Source of the DNA: the human T2T-CHM13v2.0 reference genome, Homo sapiens
Reading direction: 5' to 3' (one strand)
Assembly (NCBI RefSeq): GCF_009914755.1
Contig: NC_060935.1
Length of the DNA: 64,000 nucleotides
The notes beneath the pieces were generated by a model, which had not been told where the DNA came from, searched no databases, and worked only from the letters and a program-made list of their open reading frames with translations. The translations under genes were made by a program, and so were the position numbers. Below are positions 33,414 through 47,147 of the stretch, piece by piece (positions within the stretch are counted from its first letter, which is position 1; each line of letters starts with the position of its first letter).

Positions 33414-33781
33414 TGATATTGTTTGACTCTGTGTCCCCACCCATATCTCATCTCGAATTGTAATCCCCACATATCAAGGGAGGGACCTGATGGGAGGTGA
33501 TTAGATCATGGGAGCAGTTTCCCCCATGCTGTTCTCATGATAGTGAGGAAGTTCTCATGAGATCTAATGGTTTTATAAGCATCTGACATTTCCCCTTCTC
33601 ACTCTCTCTTGGCTGCCACCATGTAATACATGCCTGCTTCCCCTTCCACCATGACAGTAAGTATCCTGAGGTCTTCCCAGCCATGTGGAACTGTGAATCA
33701 ATTAAACCTCTTTTTTTTTTTTAAATAAATTACCCAGTCTCAGGGAAGTTATTTATAGCAACGTGAAAATGAACTAATACA
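33414..33781 (+). mobile_element. THE1-type MaLR solo LTR
   Basis: TG...CA ends, THE1 consensus body, perfect 5-bp TSD ctatt at 33409-33413 and 33782-33786. Confidence 0.88.
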
Positions 33782-36559
33782 CTATTTACGTTTAATTTCC
33801 TTATATAGTTTAGGGAGCTCTGTTTTTGTTACATGTGTACATGGTGACAAAATGTGGGCAGAGACAAAATGTAACTTTGAAGTTAACTCCAAGCCAAGAC
33901 CCTAAGATATCCTGGTTTTCTTGCTAAGGATTCCTCACAGATCCCTGAAAGAATGCACAGACTCAGAGATGCCACTAAAGAGGCCAGCAGTGCTGCATAT
34001 GAGCACTGCTATCCTGTACACTGTTTTTGGCTTGGAATGACATTTTCACCAAGTTTAGATAGAATAACAAAACGAAGGCAGTACCTCCTATAAACATAAA
34101 TGTGTACAGTTTAACAAAGGATTGTTCTTTGTTGTGAGATTATTTCTAAGTTGGGGTAATGAAGTGCCACTTCTTATAAATGACAGAAGCACGTGCTAAC
34201 TTTTAAAATGTCATTTAGCAAACAAAAGAAAATGAAAGCTCTTTCTCAAAAACAAAATGTTGAGAAAAAAGGAACTTGCAGGATTTAAATGGTATGAAAC
34301 TATGCATATAAAGTTTGAAAACCTTCAAAACATTACCATATTGTGCATGGTTACATACATATGTGGTAAAATTTTAATTTCACACATAATAATGATTAAC
34401 ATCAAAATTCAGGGTAGTGGATGCCTCTGGTAGGGAGGAGGAGAGGAACTGGATTGGAGACGGTAACCAGGGAGCTTATTTTTATTTGTAAAATTGTATT
34501 TCTTAAACTGAGCAGTCAGCACATGGAAATTCAGTTCATCTTTTCACAAACTATACTGAAAGTTTGCAATACACTGAAAAATTTACAAGGAAAGAGTGAA
34601 GGAAATTAGAAGAGAAGGGGAAAGTAAAGAAGGAGAGAAGAAGGAAAGGATGAAAGGAAGAGATGGGAGGAAAGATCACATTTTATTAATCCAAGGTGTG
34701 GAAAGTAGAGTTAGAAGTGATGTCAAAAACACCAAGATCCATTTTGGGCAGGAAGAGGGAGAAAAACTGAAGGTTAAGTCATATGGCAAAATTTGCTGAG
34801 GAATTCAGAAGGAAAGACCCTCAAGATGAGATTTATATTTGTGTACAGCTACAAATTCCCCTGAGCATGCTCTAGCTGTATCCCCAAATCTAAGTTACCT
34901 TCATAAGGAGATATATTTACCTTGGCCTGCCTGGACAGGTGGATTTTCAAATGAAACCACTCTTTTGACTAGTGCAGTGGGTGAAAAACACTTCTTAGCT
35001 TTACAAAGTCTCTGGTGGGGGTGGGTGTCACAAAAATGATCCTGGCAACTAGTGCAAGCACTGATTCTGAAAATGATGTAGTTTTTCCTTCAAACACAAA
35101 AACCATAGTGTGAATTCTGTGATAGGTAAGCATGGAAGAAGGAAGGACATATGGAATCACAAGCAATGTGGCAGCCTTGGTGCTCTTCACTAATCTTTTG
35201 TGTGCACAGAACCGAACCCTCTCCTATTTTGCTTCAAGTTCTTCCCAGCTGTCATCTCTGTGTACCTCAGAATTTATCAATAACATAAATATCCTCTTCT
35301 TTTCTAGAGAAGAGGAAAATCACAAACTAAGAAACTTTCTGTTTCCTTTTAAAAAATATAATGTCAAACTTGTTGGACGGAATAGCAGCAACAATCATCC
35401 TATCAGTGGAGACCATTATAGTCTCCATTTGACAGATGAGGAGACTGAAGGCCAAAGAGGACAAGTAAATTTCTCAGGGTCACCTGAAGGGTGAGCCAGA
35501 TCTGAGACTTAATTCCAGGTCTGTACAATTCTTCCACCAGATCCTAACTGCCACCTGCTGCTATCACAGTGACCTGTTCCAGTGAGGTTCTCATCCCTCA
35601 CCCCTGAGTGGACTGCAGAATGGAAATTTATTTCCTCGTACTCCGCAAGAATGAATAAAGCCATGGGGCTGCCACATATTGATGTTGAAACCATGATATT
35701 CACTTCTGTCCTATAATGAGTAATGTAATAGCCAGTAGCCAGTGTGTCCACATCTATTTTTTAAAATAACATTGTCAGCCTTTATATATTGTTTTTGCCA
35801 TCTATTTTTCCCACCACTAGACCAGTCCTTTGCAGAGTTTTTAAGCCTCAATGGCAACTGGCTATGCTAAGTGAAGATAGTTTTTGCCCTTATTGCCATA
35901 TTTTAAGTCACTCCAAAGTCTTCTACTAGCTCAAGCAGGAACTTAATCATCCTCCATTGCACACCCCCCACCACCACCAAAAGGTCCTGTTAGTAATCAT
36001 CACCAAATGGATGCCTCAATTATGCCTCTGAACTAGTCTGTTGACCTCACTGTGTCTACCTTTTCCACCCCTCTCTGCTTTGGTTGACAAGCAATTCTTG
36101 CAAAGCTACTTGAGGGAGTATTGCTGTGGCTTCCATGGCTTTTTTTTTTTTTTAACCCTCCACGTAATATTGCCTTCAGAAATGGTTTTTTTTTTTTTTT
36201 TTTAATGATAACAAACCTAAGATCCTTAGGGTGCCATAACAGTGCTAGGCTTTAGGTAGAGTCTGGAATTTTTTGAGACTCTGTACTGTGCTTTTTCACT
36301 TGAACCCAGGAGCAGCAGCGTTTGTGTCCATGGTTCATAAAAGTATATTGCCCACACTAACAACAGCTGAAGTCTAGCTCAGCCAGCCAAATTTCCTTAT
36401 TGCATGTCATTAAATCATGCAGTTATAGAACTTTGAGTTAACAAGGACAGCGAAGATACTCTATATTAACCTTGTATATGGTACTAAATTTCCATTTATA
36501 TCAGTTGTTTCCTAACATTAGCACGTATCAGTATCACAAGAAAGGCTTGTTAACAAGTG

Positions 36560-37262
36560 TGTTGTAAGTTTATTTATATAGTTGCTGCCTTGACATCCAT
36601 TTTTAAACCTGATATAAGTTGTTGGAAGCAGTCATACTCCATTGCCTTTGACCTAGTTAAAGCTTCCTTTCCCTGTGTGGTTGTTTATTATATAGCCTCC
36701 TTCTTCCTCATCTCACTGACCCCAAGCCCAACACACTCAATAGCTGCTGACCATGATAAAACCTATGGTCAATACCAGAGTCATATAAATAAGTTTCCCC
36801 TTTTCCTGAGTGTTTTTTTTTAACTAGACAATCCATAGCCCCTTCAGGAAAGCATAAATGATAATGCCTATGGGTCTTAATAATGGCGTAGCCCCACAGG
36901 TTCTCTCTCACCCTTTCTCTCTCACTCCCCACCCTCTGGTTGAGATCCTTGATATCTATAGCCTTCTTGTCAGTCTCTCATCAGCATCCCTAATCTCTCT
37001 GGGACCTCTGAATAATAAAGTTTACTTAATTGAGCTCAAACTGCAAACCTTGTTTCATGGGAAGGAGCTCAAATCTCAGTTCAGTTCTCTTCATTTACGT
37101 GCATTTTGGTTTCACATCCTCATTGTGTCTCCCCTGACACAGACAACTGAACCTAACTTTATTCCCCAGTTAAGTTCTCCTAGAGAGTGGCTATCTTGGC
37201 TTATGGTCCCTCTGGACAGAGAGATCTCAAGACCAATGTACCCTAGAACTTAAAGTATAATA

Positions 37263-37294
<32 letters not shown>

Positions 37295-37331
37295 AAAGAA
37301 AAAGAAAACCATAATAGTAAGAATCACAATA
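36560..37331 (+). mobile_element. ERVL-class solo LTR, MER54-like
   Basis: Starts tgttgt, has an internal AATAAA at ~37014, and a perfect 5-bp TSD aagtg at 36555-36559 and 37332-37336; family name is from memory. Confidence 0.7.
37236..37300 (+). mobile_element. Extreme 3' tip of a primate L1PA with A/(AT)11 tail, inside the LTR
   Basis: atgtaccctagaacttaaagtataataaaaaaa is the L1PA 3' terminus. Confidence 0.75.
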
Positions 37332-37811
37332 AAGTGTTTCTTGCAGTGTGAATGCACTGACAAAAATTCTTTTAACTTATTTTATCAGAAAATGCTTTAT
37401 TTTACCTCATTCTTGAAATTTATTTAGTTGGATATAGAATTCTGTGTTGACAGTTGTTTTCCTTAAGCACTTCAAAGATATTGTTCTTCTGTTTTCTGGC
37501 CTCCATTATTCCAAAAAGAAGTCAGCTGCCATTTAAATCATGCTCCCCTTTTATGTTATATGCCAGTCTTTCCTGGCTGCTTTCAAGATGTTCTCTTTAT
37601 CTTTAGTTTTCAGTAGTTTGACTATAATATGCTTAGGAAATTTTCTTCAAATTTATCCTGCTTGAGGTTCTGTGAAATTCTTGAACTTATAAATTTATGT
37701 CTCTCCTTTCTGTGTTGCCCAGGCTGGTCTCTAACTCCTGGTCTCATGTAATCTTCCCACCTCAGCCTCTGAAAGCATTGGGATTACAGGAATGAGCCAC
37801 TGCACCCAGCC

Positions 37812-38815
37812 TAATATCCTTACTAAGTGCTCAGTCTGTCACACCTTTATTGTTGTATGTCAAATATACTTTCTTAGTTTTTGTACAATGGACAGGCTGA
37901 GAATTTCAAAATCTTTAATTTTGGTTCCTTTTTGCTTGCTTAAATTTCATATTCAATTAATTTATTTCCCCTTGTATTTTTCTATAAGGTGTCAGGAGGA
38001 ACAAGGCCACTCTTTCAACACTTTGCTTAGAAAACTGTTTAGCTAAATATCTGGTTTCATTGCTCAGAGGTTCTACCTCTCATAAAACACTAGAACTCAA
38101 ACACGGTTTATCCAAGTTCTTTGCCACTTTATAACAAGGATTGCCTTTTCTCTAGTTTCCAATAACATGTTCCTCATTTCCATGTGAGACATAATCAGAA
38201 TGACCTTTACCATCCATATTTCTACCAATATTCTGGTCATCGTATTGTCTAAGAAGACAGAAGCTTTCTCTACAGCTCTCCTCTTTCTTTCTGAGATCTC
38301 ACCAGAATTGCCTTCAAATGGCCATTCATGATAATCTAGGCTTTTTCTAGCATATACCTAAAAACTCTTTCAGCTTCCACTCAGTACTCAGTTCCAAAGC
38401 CACTTCCACATTTTTGGGTGTTTGTTACAGCAACACCTTCACTTCTTGGTACCAATTTTTGTCTTAATTTGGACTGCTGTAACAAAACACTATATACTGG
38501 GGGGCTTATAAACAACAGAAATTTATCTGTCTCTGCTTCAGTGGCTAGAAGTCTGAGATCAGGGTGTCAGCATGGTCAGGTTTTGGTGAAGCCCTCTTCT
38601 GCATTACAGGTGGCTGACCTCTCATATCTTCAGGAGTAAGAAAAAGCAGAACTCTCTGGGGTTCATTTATATAAAAAGAGCATTAATTCCATTCATGAGG
38701 GCTCTGTCCTCATGACCTGATCATGTCTGAAAAGCCTCACTTCCTAATATCACCACATTGTGGATTAGGACTTCAAGAAATGAAGATGAGGGCAACACAA
38801 ATATTCAGTCTACAA
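37812..38815 (-). mobile_element. MaLR internal fragment plus LTR (MLT1A/MST-like)
   Basis: Internal/LTR junction 'ttccaaagccacttccacatttt...ggtaccaattttt|gtctta' at ~38460, followed by a ~355-bp LTR. Confidence 0.7.
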
Positions 38816-39086
38816 CAATAACCTTTGAAGTTACTTTTATTTTATATTTTTAATGAAAACAATATAGGAACAGATTAATGGCATGTTAATCTGACACAAC
38901 TTATAATACACAACTTATATTAAAAATTGGCAATCCCCTACATCCTTCCTCTCCTTACTCAAGTTTTGCTTTTAGATATACTTATTAGCTGTTTTGATAT
39001 TTCTATTTCAGAAATTATTTACTGGCTTACTATTTAGGAAGATAAATAATTATTTCTCTTACCCTGTCCCCCACCCATGTGTACAC

Positions 39087-39088
<2 letters not shown>

Positions 39089-39134
<46 letters not shown>
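39089..39134 (+). repeat. (CA)23 microsatellite
   Basis: Read directly. Confidence 0.95.
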
Positions 39135-39137
<3 letters not shown>

Positions 39138-39184
39138 CTTTCCCCTTCTCTTCCATTTGGAAGATCACAATTTTGGTCAATTAT

Positions 39185-39673
39185 AGGGTTTTACATTAAC
39201 AAATTACCACAAATTAATGGCTCAGTTAACACAAATTTATTATTTTATAGTTTTAGGTCGAAAGTAAAAATTAGTCCATAGGGATAAAGTCAAGGTGTTA
39301 GCAAGGCTGATTCCTTCTGGAGACTGTACGGGAGAATCTGTTTTCTTTGCCTTCTAAAAGTCTTCTGTATTCCTTAGCTGTGGCCCCGTCCTCCATGTTC
39401 AAAATCAGCAATGTAACGTCCTCAAATCTCTCTTTGATTATTTGGCTTCTGTTTTAATTGCACATCTCTCACTATAAGCCTTCTACCCCTCTCTCTTAGA
39501 AGAGCCCTTGAAATTACGTTAGCCTCAATTGGAGAATCAAGAATAGTTTCTCATTTCAAGGTTCTTAGTTATATCTGCAAATCCCCTTTGCTACAAAGGG
39601 TAGCATATTTACAGATCTGGGGATTAGGGCATAGACATCTTTGGAGGAAGAGGAGCATCATTCTGCCTTCCAC
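39185..39673 (-). mobile_element. MLT1-type LTR
   Basis: 'taacaaattaccacaaattaatggc...attctgccttccaca', homologous to 5141-5615. Confidence 0.7.
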
Positions 39674-40215
39674 ACTAGGATCATATAAATGTTCCTCACA
39701 GATGAATCACATGGTATACTATGATTATTTTTCATTCCTAATACCATTTTTGTTGGTGTTAATAATTAACTTTTGTTGTTTGCTTAATTTTTTATGTACT
39801 TGCACAAATTCTTCTAACCATGAAACTCTTCTTAATATGACAAAACACATCAGTTAAACTGTTAGTCCATTTTCTTTCTGGAGATTTCCTTCCTAAAACC
39901 CTATGTCTTCCTGCTTCTATGTGGAGCAATTGTTCTTTAAACCAGAGGCCAATGGATATTCTGTAAAGGACAAGATATTACATACTTTAGGCTTTATGGG
40001 ACATACAGTCTCTGTCTCAACTACTCAACTCTGCCTTTGTATATAAAAACAGACATGGACAATATGTAAATAAATAGGCTGGTTATATTCCAATAAAACT
40101 TTACTTACAAAAGCCAGCAAATTGAGAAAGACAGTTGGAAAGAGACACATATAGATCAATGAGATACAATAAAGAACCCAGAAACAGGTTTACACAAATA
40201 TGCCCAACTAATTTA

Positions 40216-42495
40216 TTTTTTAATTTTTATAATTTTTAAATATTTTCCATTTTTATTTTAGATTCAGGGGGTATATGTACAGATTTGTTACATGGGTATA
40301 CTGAGTGATGCTCAGGTTTGGGATATGATTTATCCCATCACCCAGATTGAGCATGGTACCCAATAGTTTTTCAACCCTTACCCCCTCCCTTCCTCCCTAT
40401 TCTAGTAGTCCCCACTATTGTTGCCATTTTTATGTCCATGAGTACCCAAGGTTTAGCTCCCACTTATAAGTGAGAACATGTGGCATTTGGTTTTCTGTTC
40501 CTGCGTTCAGTTGCTTAGCGTAATGGCCTCCAGCTGCATTCATGTTGCTGCAAAAGACATGATTTCATTCTTTTTTATGGTTGCATAGTATTCCATAGTG
40601 TATATGTACCACATTTTCTTTGTCCAATCTCTCATTGATAGGTTGATTCCATGTCTTTGCTATTGTGAATAGTACTGTGATGAACATACAAGTGCATGTG
40701 TCTCTTTGGTAGAATAATTCATTTTCTTTCAGATATATACCCAGTAATGGCATTGCTGGGTCAAATGGTAGTTCTGTTTTAAGTTCTTTGAGAAATCTAC
40801 AAACTGCTTTCCACAGTGGCTAAACTAATTTACAATCCCACCAACAGTGTATAAACATTCCCTTTTCTCTACAGCCTTGCCAGCATCGGTTGCTTTTTGA
40901 CTTTTTAATAATAGTCACTCTGGTGTGAGATAACATCTCACTGTGGTTTTGATTTGTATTTCCTTGATTATTAGTGATGTTGGGCATTTTTTCACATTCG
41001 TTGGCCATGTGTATGTCTTCTTTACAGAAGTGCATGTTCATGTTTTTTGCCGACTTTTAATGAGGTTTTATATGTATTTGCTTGTTAAATTGTTTACGTT
41101 TCCTACAGATTCTCGATATTGGGCCTTTGTTAGATTATAGTGCAAAATATTTTCTACCATTCTGTAGGTTATCTGTATACTCTGTTGACAGTTTCTTTTG
41201 CTGTGCAGAAGCTATTTAGTTTAATTAGGTCCCACTTGTTGATTTTTATTTTTGTTGTAATTGCTTTTGAGACTTAGTCAAAAATTCTTTCCCAAGGCCA
41301 ATATCCAGAATGGTGCTTCTTAGGTTTTCTTCTAGGATTCTTACAGTTTGAGGTCTTACATTTAAATCCTTAACCCATGTTGATTTAATTCTTGTGTATG
41401 GTGAAAGGTATGGGTCCAGCTTCATTCTTCTGCATATGGCTAGCCAGTTATCCCAGCACCATTTATTAAATAGGGAGTCTTTTTCCTGTTCCTTTTTTTG
41501 TTGAATTTGTCAAAGATCAGATGACTGTAGGAGTATGCCTTTATTTCTGGGTTCTCTATTTTATTCTATTGGCCTATGTGTTCATTTTTGTACCAGTACC
41601 ATGTTGTTTTGGTTACTGTAGCTTATATGATAGTTGGAAGTCGGGTAATGTGATGCTCCGGTTGTGTTCTTTTTCTTTAGGATCGCTTTGGCTACTTGGG
41701 CTCTTTCTTGGTTACATACAAAATTTAGAATAGTATTTTTCTAATTCTGTGAAAAATGATGTTGGTACTTTAATAGGAATAGCATTGAATCTGTAGACTG
41801 CTTTGGGCAGTATGGCCATTTTAACAATATTGATTCTTCCAATCCATGAGCATGGACTGTTTTTCTATTTGTGTCATCTATGATTTCTTTCATTAGTGTT
41901 TTGTAGTTCTTCTTGTAGAGGTCTTTCACTTCCTTTGTTAGATGTATTCCTAGGTATTTCATTTTTTTGTGGCTACTATAAATAGAATTGCATTCTTGAT
42001 TTGGCTCTCAGCTTGAATGTTATTGGTGTATAGAAATGTTACTGATTTTTCTACATTGATTTTGTATCCTGAAACTTTACTGAAGTTGTTTATTAGTTCC
42101 AAGAGCCTTCTGGCAGAGTCTCTAGGGATTTCTAGGTATAGAATTATGTCATCAGCAAAGAGAGGTTGACTTCCTATTTTCCTATTTGGATAACTTTTAT
42201 TTATTTCTCTTGCCTGGTTGCTCTGGCTAGGACTTCCAGTATCATGTTGATAGGAGTGGTGAGAGTGGGCATACTTGTCTTGTTCCAGTTCTTAGGAAGA
42301 ATGCTTCCCTCAGCTTTTGCCTGTTTAGTATGTTGTTGGCTGTGGGTTTGTCATAGATGGCTGTTATTATTTTGAGGTATGTTTCTTCAATTCCTAGTTT
42401 GATGAGTGCTTTTATCATGAAGGCATGTTGGATTTTATCAAAAGCTTTTTCTGCATCTATTGAGATGAACATAAGGTTTTTGTTTTAAATTCTGT
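40216..42495 (-). mobile_element. 5'-truncated primate L1 (older L1PA/L1PB-like), 3'UTR plus ORF2 C-terminal half
   Basis: Minus ORFs [29 protein letters not shown] and PLLGIY...TCTCMFI are L1 ORF2 motifs. Confidence 0.9.
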
Positions 42496-43260
42496 CCAAC
42501 ATACCTATCGGAATATTTAAAATTAAAAAAATAGAAATAATACAAATGCTGGTGAGGATGTAAAGAAACTGGGTTACTTATACATTGCTAATGGAAATAT
42601 AAAAATGTATGTTCTGGAAAACAGTTTGGCAGTTTCTTAGAAGACAAAACATGCAGTTAACCATATGAACCAGAGACTGTATGCTTGGGCAATTATCTCA
42701 GAAAAATGAAAACTTATGTTTATACAAACACCTGTACATGAAAGTTTTCATGCAGCTTTATTGATAATAACCCAAACTGGAAATAATGTAGATGTTCTTA
42801 AGTGGATGAAGGGTTAAACAGTTCATGGTACATCCATACTATGGAACAGTACTCAGCAATAAAAAGGAACAAGCTGCTGATACACAGGACTTGAATAAAT
42901 CGCAAGAGGATGATGTTGATTTTTAAAAAGCCTATCTTAAAAGTTTACATACTGTATTGTTTAATTGATGTAACATTCATGAGATGACAAAATTATTAAA
43001 ATGGAAAACAGATAAGTGATTGTGGTGGTGGATACATAAATCAGTGCATATAATACAATTTTATAGAACTAAATACACATGTACACACATATACACATAA
43101 GTAAGTACAAATAAAACTAAGATTGGTGGATTATGTCAATGTTAACATTCTAGTTGTAAAAGTGTAGTATACTTTCGTATTATGTTACCATTGGGGGAAA
43201 CTGGGTAAAGAACACACAGGATCTTTGTATATTTATCCACAACTGCATGTGAATCTTGGT
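42496..43260 (+). mobile_element. Old L1MC/MD-like 3' end
   Basis: L1M 3'UTR ending 'aactgcatgtgaatct'. Confidence 0.65.
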
Positions 43261-43644
43261 GTAATCTGCTAACCTACTCTAAACCAACTGTGTAACTCTC
43301 GTCTTGGGATTTCTGTGTTCTTCTGAAATGCCTGTTAATTGGATAATGAGTCTCCTAGATTGATCCTCCAATGTTCTTACATTTTAATTTTTCATAACTC
43401 ATTTTCTTTTTAGAATAAACTTTAGGTGCAATTTACATACAATAAAATTTATTAAATTAATGTATATTATTAAATGCATTTTGACAAATGTATATAATTC
43501 TAATATAGGACAATTCCCATAATCCCTAAAATGTTCCCTTATCTCCATTGTAGTCAGTTCCCTCCCTTGCAACAAATAATCTGCTCTCTGACATTATAGT
43601 TTTTGTCTTTCCAATAATTTTGTTAAAATGTAATTGTATTTCTG

Positions 43645-43846
43645 AAGGACCTCCTATTACCTTCAGAGCTCCCTGTGAGATCTGCTGAGGCCACTTTTGC
43701 AACTGCATTTCTGTTCAACTTCTCCCTCTGCTTAGTCCTGCTTCCTTTGCTTTCTCACAAGTGTCCCTGAGAGCAATCTCCAGAAAACCTCCTACTTGCA
43801 CATCTCAGATTCTGAATTTGCTGCCTTGGAAGCCCAACCTGTGACA
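43645..43846 (+). mobile_element. LTR16-like ERVL LTR 3' fragment
   Basis: 'ttcaacttctccctctgc...cctgcttcc...cccaacctgtgaca'. Confidence 0.55.
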
Positions 43847-44407
43847 CTGGTTTTTGACAATTTTACTTTTAGGTACCTAGGCATGGTATCTTTATTTATC
43901 TTGATCAGTGTTCACTATGCCTATTCAATCTGAAAAGACTTGTCATTGTTCAGTCCTTGGACTTTAAACAATTTTTTTTTAAATTATCTATTTCCTTTAA
44001 ATTTTTCTTAAAAATTCTCTCTGTTTTCTCCTATTGAATGGATTTCAAAATATCTGCATTAATATTCCCTTTCTGTTAATTCTCCTTTCATACTCTCTAA
44101 TTGTACCTTTGCACTGCATTCTGAGAGAAGTCCTCAGCTAGGTCTTCAGATTAATTTAGTGATTCAAATTGATGGGCTATCTGGCCCATCAATTGGGTCT
44201 TTATAGTAGTTGCATAACCTACTTTCTTAGTTCTTCATTTTTAACCTGTTCTTATTTAATTCACATGATATTCCATTATAACACTCTGAGGCTATTACTT
44301 TGATTTATTTTAATTAATTGTTCAGTTTGCTCTTTTAACTAGTTTTTTAGTATTCTGTTTGTTGAATTCAGTGTCTTTTTTTGTAATGAATTTCCAAAAT
44401 ATTGGGT

Positions 44408-44709
44408 TTTTTGTTTGTTTGTTTGTTTGTTTTGACGGAGTCTCGCTCTGTCACCCAGGCTGGAATGCAGTGGCGCAATCTCGGCTTACTGCAAGCTCCG
44501 CCTCCCGGATTCACGCCATTCTGTCTCAGCCTCCTGAGTAGCTGGGACTACAGGCGCCCGCCACTACGCCCGGCTAATTTTTTGTATTTTTAGTACAGAC
44601 GGGGTTTCACCGTGTTAGCCAGGATGGTCTCGATCTCCTGACCTCGTGATCTGCCCGCCTTGGCCTCCCAAAGTGCTGGGATTACAGGCGTGAGCCACCG
44701 TGCCCGGCC
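44408..44709 (-). mobile_element. AluY-like element with (GTTT)n tail
   Basis: AluY-diagnostic 'gcaagctccgcctcccgg..tcacgccatt', CpG-rich; TSD aatattgggt at 44398-44407 and 44711-44720. Confidence 0.92.
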
Positions 44710-46143
44710 TAATATTGGGTGTTTCTTGCTTGTGCATTCATTTTTATGTAAGACCCTCCCTATTCTGTTTTTAGTGGATGTGGTTTTCTTTGGGGAAGCA
44801 ATCCTGCTTCAGGTGATTTGGGGTACTGAAACCATAAATATACTTCAAGGAGGTATACCTATTTTGGAGGGTATGGGTTTCCTCCTTCTTCTTGGGTGCC
44901 GTAAGTTATCTAATACATTGCCCTTCCTTTCTTGCCCCAATACTTGTGTTCATAATTTTAGCCTGAAGTTTGATGTTCTGCTGGCTGCTTCTTGATACAA
45001 ATGAAAATGGGGTGTGATCATCTTATGGGGTCAACCCATGTGGGCAATTAAAATATATTTCTTTAACCACTCACCTAGATGTTTTGCCAGGGGTCTTTCT
45101 AACCCCCTACATCCTTACCTTTAACTTGAATTACCTCCAGAGCCATGGCACCTTTCCTAAGAGTCCTCTCACATGCTTTAGACAATAGTTTCTTCTGTTA
45201 ACCCAGTCCCATGTGTATATTTTCTTTCATGGACTCCTTCATGATCACTGGTGTACCTTTTTGTGTTACAGGTCTTTTATGAATTTATTCCTTCAAACAA
45301 TGTCTTTTCTAAGGAGTTGAATCAGTAAATGGCAGCAGGAATTTGTATTCAGTTCATTCTTCAACTCTTAAAAAAGTGTTTGGAATAGTTTAAATAGCAC
45401 CAGAATTATTATTTTAAGTTTCAATAGAACTTATCTTTTAAAAAATCCTCTGGGCTTCAATTAGGTGTAAATTTTGACTACTGATAGCATTTCTTCCATA
45501 AATATGGTCTTTCTAGGTTTTCTATATCTTGGTAACTTTGATCAGTTGTATTTTGCTAAAAAAAATCCATTCCTTTTATTTAGATACTTTAATCTGATAT
45601 AAATTTGGCATAGTAAATTCTTATAATTTAAAAGCTCTGCTATTTGCTATATGTCTTAGAAAATATATTTTACAAATACTTTTTTTGTGTGTAATGAGCA
45701 ACTTTTAGGGTAAAGATTATTATTCTTATTTTCTCTACAGTGTGTGAGCACAGTGCTTTTTATAATATTGGTTTACTTTTCTTTGTAATCCATTTGAAAG
45801 TATTCATTGTACTGCTGTTGGTCATGGTTCAGAGAACCAAGACTTTTTGCCAACACCAGGTGTATGGCTAATAATTTACTTTATTATACACCATTTATCT
45901 TGAAAGCTATGGCTATCAACAGAAAGTAATGAAAATTAGCATGACTTCTAATTTACTTAGTTTCATAATTATATATCTCCTGGATATGTTATTTGTACTG
46001 TTGTGAATTAGCAGGTTTGGTAATCTTGGTAGACTCTCCAGCTTCTCTTAGCTACATGCTCAAGGAAAAGTAAGTACATGTTCCTAGGTGACTCCATGGC
46101 CATTTCTGTGAATATACTAGGGAGATATTAATAACCATTGCAC

Positions 46144-46464
<321 letters not shown>

Positions 46465-47147
46465 TTATTCCTGTGGTGTTTGCAATTTTTCTTAGCATTT
46501 CTAAAAGCAGGGAATAGCTTTCTTTTCTCAGCATATTCAAAATAATCTACAAAAGAGCTTCAAATCAATCTATAAATCTGAGTACAATGCTTTCTCTCTT
46601 TTTTCTCTGTTGTTGGGACCTTTCAAAATCCACTTTTTATTAGTGGTTTCCTTCTGCCACTGTATTTTTACAGAATAATTTCTTATATCTTATCTAAGAA
46701 TTTTTCTCCCTCTCAAATAAACCAGGTTTAGATCTCAAATCTAGAAATCACTAGCTATGAGAATGTGGGCAAATCACTTAACCTCTCTGAGTATAGTTGT
46801 CTCATTTGCAAAATGGGGGGGTTAAAATTATTTCCATGTCATAAGATTGTTATGAAGATAAAACAAGATAAGGTATGTATGTTGTTTAGCTTAGTACATA
46901 GGAATCAATAAATATTAGGTGGTATCGTCAGATATTATAATCATTGTCATCATTCATATGTGCTAACTGCTTTTCCTCAACATCATGTAAAAAACTTCTA
47001 GCTTAACCTTGCAGGAAATATTTGGGGTGGTCATATATAGTAGGAAAGTAGCCATAGCACCCTATCCAACAGGTCTTTGTTACAAATATCTGTCTCTATC
47101 TACTAGATCTGTAGCCTAGTGTTCCTACATGGGCACCATCTGTGCCT

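Noticed and set aside
35549-35561. CTCF-like motif tgccacctgctgc
   Set aside because: A single imperfect match in 64 kb is expected by chance; unsupported without ChIP data.
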